DNA of 64,000 nucleotides from Octopus sinensis (GCF_006345805.1 NC_042997.1:179242001-179306000); one strand, 5' to 3'. Positions 11,721-26,212 are shown, counted from the first letter of the stretch. Notes: generated by a model not told the origin, from the sequence alone. Numbers and translations: made by a program.

Positions 11721-14667
11721 ATGCTTTTTATTTGCTTTAGATATATTTGAGTGATAAAATGGTGTATGGAAATAAATTGCACAACCGTACATCAGCGGGT
11801 TGAATTCCTTGTGGTTGTCAGCAACGTTGTTGCGAAGAGATATTGTTGCTAATATTATAAATGCCGTGTTTGGTAAGAATCAGTTGGGAAGTTGGTGTAA
11901 ATGTTGGTTATAATGAATCAGGAATAATTTCTTCTTTTGATTTTACTGAATGGACGAAAATATCGTTTGATGGTCGTCAGACAAGCAGTTAAAAAGCCGA
12001 GAAATGATTGCGCTAAGTTAAAACCAATGATGAGCTTCCGTTACGTCTTTCATGTGGTCATTCAAAAACACTTTCATGTTTTCGCTCCTGAGATAAGCAA
12101 CATAATGAATTTAAAATGAATTTGAATGCGTCGATTATTAACGTACAGCCTTTACTCTGATATGTTTATTCTTTTATAGTTTTGCTTTTGATATGGTTTA
12201 ATTTTTAGCTTCTGATCACAACACTGCCATTAACTCAACCACATTTGACACCATTAAAACTACCAGCACTTACAAAATACACCAGTAACTCTAACAACAA
12301 CGATACTCGGATACCACTGTCAATATTCGGCTTTTGCTAACTCCACCACCATCACCCCAACGCCAAGACTGCCACTAATAACAACCGTTATACTATAACC
12401 TTTGATAACTTTTACATTATGCTTCATAACTAAGTTATTTAAATGTTTTGTTTTCATGTAAACACAATGATTAAGATGATTAAGACTAATTATCTAATAC
12501 GAGGGAAAAAACACGTCGTGTTGTTTGTTCATTTATTTGCTTAATTTCCACTCTGATAACAGACATACTTGCCTGTGGTGAAGTATTAAACTGAATGTAT
12601 CCACATTACGTAAAATGACATAAGAAATGACAGTTGCTGTTGGGCTGGTGCCTGCAAATACACCATGGCTCGTATTATATGAATGTGTGAACTATATCTC
12701 GATGGTTAGTATTGTTTTTATGAGTCAGACGTGCCACAACAATGAAAAATGCCATTTTAAATCTCTTCAAGGGTGGTGAGATTCATGCAACTTTATGTCT
12801 GGTGATGTAAAAATATTTTTGGATTCAGAAATTAGTAGATCTGGTGAGATAGATACTAGAATTAGATAACTAATTCAGGTAATGTCTTTTGATGTGAAAT
12901 ACAGCGACAGTGAAGCGGGAGGTAACGAGTAGATTGAATTGGTTTCAATGGAATGGTTAGATCAGACAAAAATGTTATAAAATAAGCAAGAATGGTTTGG
13001 ACTGAAGTGGTGATTAAATATTTTGTCAAGAAATGGAATAAGCATTTTTGGTATAAAGCACAAATTGATTTTGTGCGTAATAATAATAACGTTTCAGTTT
13101 GAAATTAGTATTAAAGACAACTCAGACCATGATTATTAATTAACCACCAGAAGAAAGATTAGTCTTTATGATGCATATAGTTGTAGCAAGTGCGACTGCT
13201 TATCCACTCATAGCTCATAGCTCGAGAATGTTTCCATGGTGTCTGTAGTAAATGTAACCTTTGGAGTTAAATAAGATTAGGTTATCATCTCGCAAATAAA
13301 GGATGTGTTCGGGGTTTAGTTCATAGAGATAATGGATGTAGAACTCGAGGTTGCATTCGTGTGAAGCCTATTTATGGAGAGATAGAGAGTAATGGACGTA
13401 GATATCACTTGCATATGAGTATGTGTTGCTGGTAGTGGTGGCAAGCTTTTCCTTGATATGAAGATGAAAGCATTGCAGAGAGATATTGCGTAATCATAGT
13501 GAACAACAGAGTTGATACGGTGTGGATCAAATAAAACGTTGTCAGCATAATACGTGCGGTTAAAATGGAATCTCTTTATATGAAACATGAAAGAAGGATG
13601 AGTTCTATTGACAGGAAATTTAGCTGACAGGTTTTCATGGCAGATATTGTAAGAGCGACAAACTGAAGGGGAAAGAAACTTCAGGAGTATCACAAAGGCC
13701 AGTGAGTCTTCAATACATCCTGTTCTATGAAAGGCGTATTTTTAGTGGGAGAAAGAGTCAAATCTATCAAAGAGATTGTTCACAACTGTTTCTTCTTTAT
13801 CTTTAACATCCTGGAAATGAGATTTGTAGGGAAGTGGTTTGCAGGATCCCAGAAGTTGTATTCCTGTAGTGTGTCAACCAGACTTAATCAAATATGAGAC
13901 CACTACGACAGTTTGCTAAAAGGTAATCTGTATTTTATGCAAATTCACTGCTTAAAATAGGGACATTCCACTGACTTTAATTAAAAACCCGCATTTTACA
14001 GGTCTTAAGGTCACAAGACCAAAAACAGGTTATAATTAAATACAAAATATCAGTCACACGCACTCCGCTATCTGTAAATATGTATATAAATAAGGATAGG
14101 ATAGATATTTAAATACCGATCTTATCAGATGGCCAGCATGGTGATAAAAACCTTTCAAAGGTAATAATTATTTAAAATTATTTAAAATTATAATTTAGGG
14201 TATCTAAGAGATACCACCACATTGGAAATAGCAGTGAAATCTTGACATTTAATGTGGTTTTAGAGTCAAGTTTTGTCTACAGCTTAACACGATGACTACT
14301 AGATAATACTAAGAGTCAATGGTCCTTAATGAAGTAACTATTAGGCTTAGTGATATTTTATAAGTAAACATTCCACATAGCAGTTTGATATTAGCCTCAA
14401 ATAAGTCACAACTTCAGAAGTTGAACTATTTGACTAACAAAATCACAAAGACAAAAATTATTTCTTTCTCTTTTTATTGCATGCTCTGATCGATGAAAAC
14501 TGGACATTAGGAGTATCATTTAGAACAAATATGTTGAAATGACTTTAATCAGAAGCAGTAATTTTCGATGAGAAGGAAGGATTATATTCCGTGGATTTTA
14601 AAATCACGAACTATTGTAGTTAGGTTGAGATAAGAATTTTTCTTGTTTTGCCAACAAAGATTGAATA

Positions 14668-14853
14668 GTAATCCTTTCTACTTTTGGTACAAGGACCGAA
14701 ATTTTGTCCGGTGAAAGTAAGTCGATTACATTGACTCCTGTGCTGAGCTGGTACTTATTTCATTGACCAAAAAAAGGCAAAGTCTGCCTCTGCAGAAATC
14801 TACTTCTGCGAAATACCGCTAAGCATTTTCGCCAGCAAGCTAACGATTCTGCC
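14668..14853 (-). mobile_element. SINE family A, diverged
   Basis: Reverse complement of the head (GCTAACGATTCTGCC) and CTGGTACTTATTT centre. Confidence 0.8.
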
Positions 14854-15329
14854 TAAAAACTTGAAAGGCAGAACAAAGACAAATTAACACTGCATAATAT
14901 TTAAGAGATGTTTAACCTGACTCCATAATTTTTCCATTTAAACAAGATATAAAACGTGACTGGAAACTGGTGTACATATTTCTCTCTCTTTCTCTCGTTC
15001 CGTATAGCTATGACTACCATTGTGTATGTGTGTGTGTGTAGATATGAGGAACGATAATATGTTTAACAGAGTGATGTTGTATAGCTAGTGCTTGGTATAT
15101 TTATATATATATATATAAATGTATACACATACACACGCACACACACATACACGCACACACACACATACACACATATATGTATGTATGTATGTATATATGT
15201 GTGCGTGTATCTATATCTGTTCTACAAAACAACGTAACTAAACCAAAAGCGATGATCAGGCGATTTTTGTGTCTACTTGTGTGGTTGTGTGCGTGTGTGT
15301 TTGGTTGCGTGTGTGTATTTCTGTGTGCT

Positions 15330-16720
15330 AAAAGAAAGAAAAATATTTATAGATTTTGATATAAGCAACTGGAAGATTCCTATTGTGTTAAATTATTATT
15401 TACTGGAAAATAGTCACGACAAAAACCTCAAATTTTTGCGGGAATATTATCGTTGCAGGGAAAAAGTGACATATTTCAATTAAAGAATACAGATAATGAT
15501 GTTTATTTAAAGAAAATAAATAATCATGTGTATATGTATGTGCATGTCTGCGCGCGTGTGTGCGAGCGAATTTATGTACTTTTGTGCATTGAAAGAAATA
15601 ACAATATATAAAGATTTACATATAAGTCATTTGAAGTCTCCTATTGTGTTAAATTATTATATCAACATTCTCTTAATTACTTAGAAACGTTGCAAAAATT
15701 TTCGCACGAACTTAGGCCTACATAGTAATATATACGTAGAAGAAGCAGAAAGAAATTTACTGGAAAATATCATGACAAAAACCTCACCACTTTTGCAGAG
15801 ATATTATAACTGCAGTGAAAAAAAAAGACATATTTCAATTAAAGAAAGTAAATAATGGTGTAATTAAACAAATAATACTTTTGCAGTTTATTAGCTTTAA
15901 CAGCATGACAAGTTTCCAGAAACAATAGAAATATATAGTCGCACTGCATGTGCATGAAAAGACATCATGTCTTAGCTGAAATCATTAAAACAGGAAAGAA
16001 GCAAATGGGTTTTTTTTTGGTCGGATATATGTTGAAAATCCCTGTGACTTTTCTCTTCATTCATGTATATATATTCTTTATGTCATAAGAATTTAGAATC
16101 TTCTTATGTAGATGAATCTACAAGGAGCTTAAGCTCTACTAACGAGATATGTCTCTCAAAGTTTCGGCCTCTATTAACGAAACGTTTCTCAATGTTTCTA
16201 AATTATAATGAAAACACCAAGCAAATCTTGCTGGTAAGGATAAAGTTTTTAAATGTCAGTCGAGAGATTTCTTTCGTCAAGTCGCACGAGAAGGTTTCGG
16301 TCTGTTCTATATTAATGAATTTTTAATACAATATTTACAGGTTATCTATAGCTTTACAACCGTTAAGAACAAATTAAATCTGTCTGTCATATAAAAACAA
16401 AAGTCGAAGACAAATGAAGACCAAGACAAATGTATGAACAACAAACAAGTGTATTAGCTTGACGCTCGGGAAAAAATAAGTATTTTACGTTTCGAATAAC
16501 TCTTTTACATTCTTCAACAGAAAGGAACAAGAGGGAATAAACAAAGAGAATATGAAAAAAAAAAAAACGTGTAGAGTTCAGCGGTCAAGCATGGCGGAAC
16601 AAATAACATATTTCAATTAAAGAAAATAAATAATGATGTAAGTAAACAAATAATACATTTGCAGGTTATTTGCTTAAACTGCATGACAAGTTTCCAGAAA
16701 CAATAGAAATATATAGTATA
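15330..16720 (+). repeat. Local segmental triplication (15330-15530, 15590-15940, 16608-16720)
   Basis: Shared blocks CCTATTGTGTTAAATTATTAT, TTACTGGAAAATA, ACATATTTCAATTAAAGAA and GCATGACAAGTTTCCAGAAACAATAGAAATATATAGT. Confidence 0.85.
16405..16600 (-). mobile_element. PLE-type terminal repeat with a minimal hammerhead-like motif (variant core CUGUUGA)
   Basis: Minus strand CUGUUGA-A-GAAU…AUUC-GAAA-CGUA. Homologous to 48235-48370 and 58255-58390. Confidence 0.6.
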
Positions 16721-16734
16721 ATATAGAATAGAAA

Positions 16735-16772
<38 letters not shown>

Positions 16773-17441
16773 CAGAGAGTTGTTTATTTGGAAAAAAAAA
16801 AGAAGATAACATGTGACTTCATTGACCGAGGTTACCGTGGTCTTTTCCGTAGGCTTTTCTTTCCACGGGTAAACCTCACCTGTCCTCCCCTTTACACTTC
16901 ATATTGACATTTCTGTGATAACGATCCTTATTGCTCAATTTTTTTCCTTTCCTTTTTTTCCCTCCCCCCCTTTTTTTAAAAATTTTATTCCCCCCTTTTT
17001 TGTCCTCTTTCTTTCCCTTTACGATCCCTTTTGATCGAAAACCAAACCTCCTTTTTTTACCCCCAAAAGAAAAGCTCTACCTTGTAATTTGTCCTGTCTG
17101 TGTGCAGCCCTGTGTGGCTAATAAAGAAACATATATATCTAACTAACTATCTATCTATCTATTTATTTATGTCATATTCAGTTATAGGAAAACAAGTCAA
17201 GAACCCAATAGCACAACAGTCTCCCCGCAAACCGCCATCTTCCACAGCTAGATAAGGTATTGAATTAATAAGCCATGCTCATGCTCGTTTGATTCTGGTG
17301 GCCTGGGGACTCACATGAGGGGACTCCAAGTGAAGTGAATGAGACTGAATGACATTCATACGTCATCTTGGACGTCGCATATATATATATATATTTATAT
17401 ATATGTATACATCTATGTATATATCTATAGCTCTCTCTCTC

Positions 17442-17472
<31 letters not shown>

Positions 17473-17474
17473 CC

Positions 17475-17511
<37 letters not shown>

Positions 17512-17513
<2 letters not shown>

Positions 17514-17705
17514 AGTAGTTGAATGAATTATCTTAGTATGGATAATTCGGTTAACCGATACCTGGGTAGCAAATTCACGCCAGAAAAACACGGTTGAAGC
17601 TACATGCCAAGGGCAGAGATCACGTGCTTTCGTGTGGAAATTTGTGGGTTTTTTTTAATACAAATAAATGTATTTTGTTAAATCGTCGTTCAACTCCATT
17701 CTTTC

Positions 17706-17711
<6 letters not shown>
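17512..17711. mobile_element. (TA)n-embedded element family C/D, 5'-inverted truncated copy
   Basis: 17512-17670 matches 62380-62540 directly. 17671-17711 matches about 62533-62575 in reverse complement. Confidence 0.8.
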
Positions 17712-17790
<79 letters not shown>

Positions 17791-18205
17791 CATATATATA
17801 ATTGATAACAAAGAGGAGAGTGGAAATTTATTCACATTCAAAATTTATTTATTAAACACTTTTCTACAGCATATAAAAGAAATGACCTACCTATGTTTTG
17901 ACTGCAGCGAGTGCACTTGCACTGTATGCAATTATAAATCCTAGTCGTTGCAATTTCACCAAGAATCCATCAATAAAAACGTTTTCAACGGGATGTCTAC
18001 GGAATATTTGCAGTTCTGAATAACAACACGGAAATACCCAACGAGTGAAGCTTATCAGTAACGGTACCTATTTTAAGCTTGAGTACTATGGAATTCAACC
18101 GTTGTGGATAGCTGGCATCTATACCAATTTATGAGACAATATGGTATTCGCCAGGATAATTTATCTCTCTCTCTCACATTCTCACTATATATATATATAT
18201 ATATA

Positions 18206-18326
18206 TCACCGTAATCACCGTGACCGACCAGGCTATCAGATGTTGCTACACATCGCTGATCACAATGCGTTTCGCATTGTTTCACCCTTCAAATAACGCC
18301 ATCCCGCTGGCTAAGCGAGCAGGTCA
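18206..18326 (-). mobile_element. Probable 3' fragment of a SINE (alternative tail of family B)
   Basis: GC-rich block with a (TCACCGT)2 terminus between (TA)n tracts. Assignment is from recall only; there is no second copy in the window. Confidence 0.45.
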
Positions 18327-18328
18327 AT

Positions 18329-18381
<53 letters not shown>

Positions 18382-18519
18382 GGAAAATAAAAGTTGAAAA
18401 TGCACAGAGAATAGTTAAAATATTTTTATTATTATATTTAAAGATTTAACCGTATTCACAATTTACATTGATTTTCAAGAACTTGAAATAGTAAGACGTG
18501 GCATATGACACACCTGTCT

Positions 18520-19880
18520 TGTTTCTGACTAGTGTTTCAAGCTTGCCCTATTTTTGTAGGGAATTCAGGGCTTTAATTAGTATATGCTTTGGTAGAAAAT
18601 AGTCACATCACTGGTATTACAAATTTTCTTTAGGTTCCCCGCTACCTCCGTGTGTCAGGATCAAATGACAATGTTGAGCGTCGTAAGTTAAATCAGACAC
18701 GGTTGACTGAACATATCTAGTGGCTGTACCAGTCAATCTTGTGAATGCTTTCTGCCAAGTGTTTGTACAGAATGAACACGTGATTGACTTTAGAACCTTC
18801 GTTACGTTTCCCACTACGTCCATGCGTTAGTGTCACATGACAATAAATTTTGAGCCTAAAATGAAGGCCGACATGGTTGAGTGGACATATTTAGTTATAA
18901 TCGAGGCAAACCAAATTTAATCTTTCTGATGGGAGAGTGGACAGTAGTTGAACATATGTAGTCGAGTGACTAACGTTTAGGTTGTTAGTTGTTTAGGTTC
19001 CTCATGTTAAGTGGCAGAATATGTTTCTGTATGAATAGTTATTTGTGTATGTACTCTGTTTGTTAAATCTTGGTTTTTACTTTTGTATGAAAGTGTTTTC
19101 TTTGTTTTTCCTTGCTTCATCTGTGGTATTCACTGATCATAGGTAGAGTGGGAAGACCTGAAATTTGGGGGACTTAGTTTTTGCACGTATGTCTATTTGT
19201 CCACTCAGTGCAATCTATCTTTTGCTGGGGTCTCCTATATTTTGTCGATGAATGGGCAGTCTGATTCATAAAGGAAGCCTTGTTTCACCCATGTAATCTT
19301 CATTACATCCTTGACATTTCATAGCATATATTAAATCCTTTGTAGAATATGTAAAATGATTTTTTACGGTAAAAATCTGCCCTGATTTTGAATTTTTATG
19401 TTGTATCTTCAATAAGGTTGTTGCAATTGGGCGGCCACTGTTTTTGACTGTTAGTGTAGAAATTGTCGAAGGCAATTTAATATTTGTGAGAAATGTTTTG
19501 AGGGATTTTGATTTTCTTTTACTTTTGATTATTTTGTGTGTTTCGAATGCTTGCTTCATTCTTGGATCTTGTCTTAGTAGTGGGATGTTCTAGTGGGTAA
19601 TATTATAAACCTCTGCATTTCCTGGGTTGTGAGTTGTAATAAAGGGTAGAATAAGACTGACACGGTTGACTGAACATGTCTAGTGGCAGTACCAAACAAT
19701 ACTCTGAATGTTTTCATGGGAATTTCTCGCATAAAATTCCAGAGAGAATTGATATAAGTTTCATCACTAACACAAGGAAGTAGCAAGGATTCTACAAAGA
19801 TTTCCAAGGCCAGTCATGTCACTATCCTGTACCAATCAAATCCTATTCAAAATACATACTAATTTAAGCTTCAGCTTTTT
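18520..19880 (-). mobile_element. Penelope-like retroelement remnant (RT thumb plus GIY-YIG endonuclease)
   Basis: ORF 19266-19559 KIIKSKRKSKSLKTFLTN…SGQIFTVKNHFTYSTKDLIYAMKCQGCNEDYMGET, a PLE GIY-YIG with IY…C..C…YMGET. Frameshifted continuation …KFQVFPLYL…RKNKENTFIQK*KPRFN. Confidence 0.88.
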
Positions 19881-20009
19881 GAAATTCAGTCTAATCTATG
19901 AAACCGGTTAAATTTTTAAATATAATAATGAAAAATATTTTTACTATTCTCAGTGCAGTTCCAACTTCTATTTTTCCTGTATTTCTACCCATGTGGAATA
20001 AAATAACTG

Positions 20010-20116
<107 letters not shown>

Positions 20117-20165
20117 CAGATAAGCAAAGCACATACTATAGAGATACATGCACATATATATTACG

Positions 20166-20248
<83 letters not shown>

Positions 20249-21245
20249 TATACATAATATATATGTGCATGTATATGTATAGTATGTCTTTGCCTGTCTG
20301 ATAATCTATGTGTGTATGAGTGTTTGTGTGTGTCAAATCACGCTAGTAGTTTTTTAGTGCTTGTATGAAATACCCACGTAACGACAGACGGCCTTGTATA
20401 TTCTATTCTTTAGTTTACTTGTAACAATAGATATCTGTTAAATTACAAGTATACATTAAATAATTTTGAAATACTTTATTAAACTACAAATTAAAACAAG
20501 AATCTTTACATCTGATAATCTTTTATATCTCCTCGCATCCTTTTATGCACGAAACTTTACTATAAAATAAACGAAATTAAAAGTGAAATAATGTTTAATT
20601 GAATATCGATGTGAAATGGGAAAAGATGCTAGATTATTTAAAGCTGCGTCCTTCTTGTGTATACTAAGAAAAATTTTAAACTATACAGGGACGGTTAAAA
20701 AGCTGAAAAATCACAATTGTACAGTAAAAGAAAATCAATATTGTTTGAATGACGAATATTATACTATAATTTCGTCATATGTTGGTGATAACTTTAGACC
20801 TATTCCGGTTTTAATCTCACCGCATCATTGTAGCACACCGTTCACCTTACTTGCCAAGTTGTATAAAATTATGTATTTCATTCAAGGTTTCTATGCATCC
20901 ATTCGCCGACCTCATACAATGTATCAAATATATAGTAATTCTTATTTTATCGAATGTAAGCTGCATTTTGCTTTATATTTAGACCTGCCATCATTTTCGT
21001 TAAAATTTAACATTGATTCTATTTATATATTCACATTGGCATATGTGATTTGAAGTATATAGGCAATGTTTATTGTCATTAACATATGCGGCCACAACGA
21101 AGAAATATGGAAACTGACCAAATATAAATATACAAAAAGACATTAATGTATGATTTTTTATGAATGTGCTTTAACACGTTATTAGACTTCTATAAATGAA
21201 CATTGATTATCATTAAGTGTGGCTAACTTTTGCCTGCCCGCACAG

Positions 21246-21431
21246 AAACAAGCTCCTTACCACGAATATCAGTTTCCTTTTGTCCTACTTGATATCTTGC
21301 AAATATCGATCTTCGGATTGTCGCTCTGGAAGATATTCCAGTTATGTCTGCTTATTGTTGTGCTTGTATTATTCATATATGTTAAGTGTATACAAGGCCG
21401 TGTATGCAGGCGTCTGCAAGTGCTTTTGCAA
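21246..21431 (+). other. Candidate 186-nt exon; frame 0 encodes a hydrophobic TM-like stretch (KQAPYHEYQFPFVLLDILQISIFGLSLWKIFQLCLLIVVLVLFIYVKC…)
   Basis: Branch point GCTAAC at 21222-27, pyrimidine tract, CAG| at 21245, donor CAA|GTACGT at 21432. Two frames are open. Confidence 0.4.
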
Positions 21432-21740
21432 GTACGTGTATGTATGTATTTGTGGATATGTGTTTGTGTTGGCACGCATTTAAAAGGAAAACAGTCGGGA
21501 TGGGAAACAACGTTATCCACACAAAATGGAGTAGTGGGAAGAGGAAGAGTAAAACAGCATCACAAAGTCCATCTGCTTCGTATTTTCTTCATAGCTTCCT
21601 TTTATCAGTTAAGATATGTTTGTAGCTGACAGTGTACAAGCTCTTATAAATACACATATGCTTACATTTACACAAATGAATACATAGGCATACACACAGA
21701 GAGGAATACAAATGTGAGTATGTGTGCATGTGAGTATTTA

Positions 21741-21788
<48 letters not shown>

Positions 21789-21880
21789 ATATATATTTAT
21801 TTATATATACATATGTGTGTGTGTGAATGTGTGCGTATGTGTATGTCTGCATGTGTGAGTTTATATATATGTACATATAT

Positions 21881-21928
<48 letters not shown>

Positions 21929-21963
21929 ATATATATAGACACCTTTAGACACCTTAGGAACTT

Positions 21964-21996
<33 letters not shown>

Positions 21997-22753
21997 AGAC
22001 ATAAGTACACACATTATTGCATGTATATACACAATGGGAATTCACATAGACTGTGTAACTACGAACAAGTAAATGTGAACCAATACAATAAATATATGCG
22101 TATTTGAGTTACAGACTGTGTGTCTGTTTTAGCGTGTGCTTATTTGTATTTGACTGTGTATGTTCATGTTCACACGCAGGCTGGTTTCGCTTGCACGCAA
22201 GAGACTTGTTCATTATACACATATAGTCAATCGGAAGGAATATTTACTTATTTTTAATTCATCTGCCAGTAAAGTCACAAATGCAAATAATAGCTGAGTT
22301 CCATGACAAAATTTGTCGAGAATATTGTGTAATCTCAATAAGCGATAGATGAAGAATGACAGAAACATTCTATCGTGTGGGCTGCATCAAATGTCAAGGT
22401 GAAGCAGGATATCATTCATGGTTGACCTGGCATACATACAAATATCAGAATTGATTGAAGTACGCGTATCGAATCGACAATTCACATTGTCAATAGTAAT
22501 TATTTGCGAAAATCAGATTCGTTGAAACAGCAATAAATATTCTAATTAATTATGAAAAATTTATTAAATTTAGATACTAGTCATTTTTACTCATTCAGAG
22601 AATAAGGGTCTCAAGAGCAATCTTTGAAATGTTACTGACAATAAAATTTATTATCGCATTTGAATTTTAATCGTCTCTGTCTAATTACAATTGCATGGCA
22701 TAAATTAGTTGACTATGTTAAGGCTAAGTCAAGATCTATTTTGTTACTTTCAG

Positions 22754-22873
22754 TGGAGTCATTCTTTGAAATTTGTTTTATTACGCAGTACCGAATATTC
22801 ACTTTCGTATAATAGTAAAGGTCATGCTGAATGCGTAATACAAACAAGGTTTGAAGACAGTGAATGTGTCCCA
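22754..22873 (+). other. Candidate 120-nt phase-0 exon (WSHSLKFVLLRSTEYSLSYNSKGHAECVIQTRFEDSECVP)
   Basis: CTATTTTGTTACTTTCAG| acceptor, CCA|GTAACG donor, phase-compatible with 21246-21431. Confidence 0.3.
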
Positions 22874-24084
22874 GTAACGTAGGGTAAAATTCAATATAGA
22901 ACTCCGGAAAAAAATTCAATGTACAATTTAATTGTTTTCAGATGTGACTTTCTTTTTTCCCTCTACCAATGTCACGAGTACAAGAAAATTATTACAAACG
23001 ATTTAAATGGTCATATCCAAAATTTGTGGATTTCTCCAAATATTTTATGCATTCTACATTTGCTGGTAGAATACTTGAACTGTAGCCGAGTGGTCAAACT
23101 GAATTAAGTACCTCCTGGAAAAACCACATTAGACATTTAGTCACTCACAGAAACTGTTATATTTATTTTTCGGATATTATTTCAGCTGTCAATATTTTAT
23201 GTTTTACTTCAACAACTCAGCATTTCTCAATAATTATTCTCAGATACTTGATGGTAATCTATCTATCTATCTATCTATCTACACACATTATATATATATA
23301 TATATAATATATATATATATATACCTATCAACCTATCCCTCTCTCTCTCTCTCTATATATATATATTATATATATATATATACATACATACATACATGCA
23401 TTAATATATATACACACACACATATACACACATATATATATATATTTACATATATACATGCATATACACATATATATAGTAGCTAAAAATGTACTAGCCG
23501 GATTTGACATGCACCAAAATCATTTCATACCCACATAGACAATGTCAAAGGCAAAGCACATATTATCCAAACACCACCACCATATATATATCAGCTTACG
23601 CACACTCTGATAGATTTCCAAATTCCAAATTCTGCGATGCTTATTAATGGTTTCTTTGTTTAGTCACCAAAATCCTCCAGTGATAGAGAAGTTAAACACT
23701 ACATTGCACTTATTAAATCTATACTACACTTTATTACGGATAGAACGGTGTTGCATTTTTCTGTCGCTTTACAATGTGATACTATGAAATATGAAATCAA
23801 TTAACATGCATGGTTACCGCATTGCAAATTTTGGGAACTAGGTAATCTGTCCGATACGTGCATAAGCTGATTAAATTGTATTATCCTCCATTCTTTTAGG
23901 TTTTTCCCTTATACTATGTAACCGTAGACTAAATTTATTCGGTGTTTGAACTTTAAGTTTACAAATTGGGTAGGTGGTGAAATGTAAGTACGTGGCTTTT
24001 ACTGGGCAATTTAATTCCCCAAGTTTGATTCTTATAGAGTGATTTGCCTGGATTTGTAATGCCACTTTTCCTTTAATTACACAC

Positions 24085-24118
<34 letters not shown>

Positions 24119-24128
24119 CACACACACG

Positions 24129-24159
<31 letters not shown>

Positions 24160-25787
24160 TATCCTTTAACATCACAAGCTGAACTTCCTTTAGATTTCCT
24201 AGATTAATTTTTGAAAGTCAAGCATAGATATGTTCGTCATTAAATGACACAGAATCACGGGATTGGAATTATAGTTAATTATGCAAATTATTTTATTACA
24301 AATCCTACTTTAAATAACATTAACTATTGTATATTCATAAACAATTTCGGATAGGAAAATGACAAAGACACTTTTAACTAGTTAGAGCATTTCCATTATT
24401 CATAACACACATAGATTTGAATTTTAAAATATATTGCTTCAAAATAAGGTTTCATATGAGGGTGGTATGGACACGATAGAGAGATATGAGAAATGAAACT
24501 TGAATCTAATGCTGTAGTAATAATTTTTAAACCAGTATGGATTGAGCTGAGGTCAACTATGTGCAATGCTTTAGAAAGATTTAGTCGATTATATCGAAGT
24601 TAGTGCTTTTTCCTGTTGTGATTTTTTCCTCTTCGTAAAGGATAAAAGAAAAAATCAAACACTGTCCTAAACCAAATTAACACGTAAGAAGCGAAATACA
24701 AACAGATTTAGATCATGACGGATCCTGGCTAGCGTAGTATTCTAAAATCAGAAGGAAAACAGCAAGAATCCGATCGATATATATGAGAGCACTACACAAC
24801 TCCAAGGTAAGATCTGTTAAGCCTAAAATAATCCCTGCGGAGTGAATAATAAAATATTAATTTATACGAGAAAAGAAGTTAAATGGATATTACAACTGTT
24901 TCAATAAGCGGACGATACTTTTTATTCCATATCTCATGTAATGTTACGTAACATATTTCATGATATATGGAAATATGAACAATTCCTATAGTGCATTCAC
25001 TTCCTCAGGTGTCATGATTCGAAGGCGCCATCGACCAAATGAATGCTTGAAGACGATTTTCTTCGGGCGTGTCAGAATATGTAAATAGTCTGAACACTTA
25101 TAGCTTTCACTTGATATTTCCTGCAATTTCTAAGACAACACATCTTAAAAGGCTTACAAATAAGTTATATAAAGTCAGTTGGAATTTATCTTATAGATAA
25201 AACGATTAACTGTTGAAAGACCGTCAGCAATTTAATGACTTTTGTGGCGACAATATCAGTAAGATAAGAATCGCAAAGAAAGTCTAAGTTTTTAATTCAG
25301 GTCCCCCCATTTCTCCCCCAGTCCAATCAAAACCACGAACTCATCGACATACAAAAATATACACGCTAACATAAATACATAAACATACTCACATTCACAA
25401 AACTGCAATTCTAAGATGACAGCACACATACAATATTATACTTATGGAGACGCATACACAGATATATATATATATACACACATAAACAACGTAACTAGTT
25501 CTAAAATCTCTATAAGAGATGCAAGTAGTAACACTACTGAAAAGTAATGTCTGTTGCTACTTCACCATGGCCGTTCCGTACGGAACAACGTTACTACTCT
25601 TGTTTTTTACACGCCTAAACACAGATATAATAAACACATTGAAAAATATGGAACGCCATTACTGTCAGATATCTTAGATACAATATCAAGATCACTCCAC
25701 ACTTTTCATCACAAAGCCGTCTTTCTTGACACATTTAAATACGTTCTCAGTCTCATATGTACACACACTGGCACACACACACACACA

Positions 25788-25828
<41 letters not shown>

Positions 25829-26134
25829 CATACACACACACACATATATATATATGTATATACATATTCGAACATAGAAACATATACACTCACGAATACA
25901 CATTTACTCATATAGTTACATATACACTTACGCATACACATGCATTTATACTGAATTCAGTAAATATAAAGGCGATATGTGTTAATGCCTGCAAGAATTC
26001 GTATACATTTACGAACACATAGATCTAGAGAGGGAATCATACAATATATTAAGTCGTTTAAACCACTTTGTGACATATACAATATCTCGTTCCAAGACTA
26101 CATAAACACGTACGTAAACGCACATGCAAATACC

Positions 26135-26136
26135 TG

Positions 26137-26169
<33 letters not shown>

Positions 26170-26212
26170 ATCTATCTATCTATCTATCTGTCTATCTATC
26201 TATCTATCTATT
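26135..26212. repeat. (TATC)n microsatellite
   Basis: Direct periodicity. Confidence 0.97.

Noticed and set aside
12083-12092. APE-encoding motif as a possible next kinase exon
   Set aside because: Stop eight codons later and no compatible acceptor.
17233-17242. YY1-like CCGCCATCTT motif
   Set aside because: It lies within a (TA)n-bounded repeat-like module; there is no independent promoter evidence.
20616-21053. 145-aa plus ORF without microsatellite
   Set aside because: No recognisable domain or convincing splice boundaries; plausible by chance in 64 kb.
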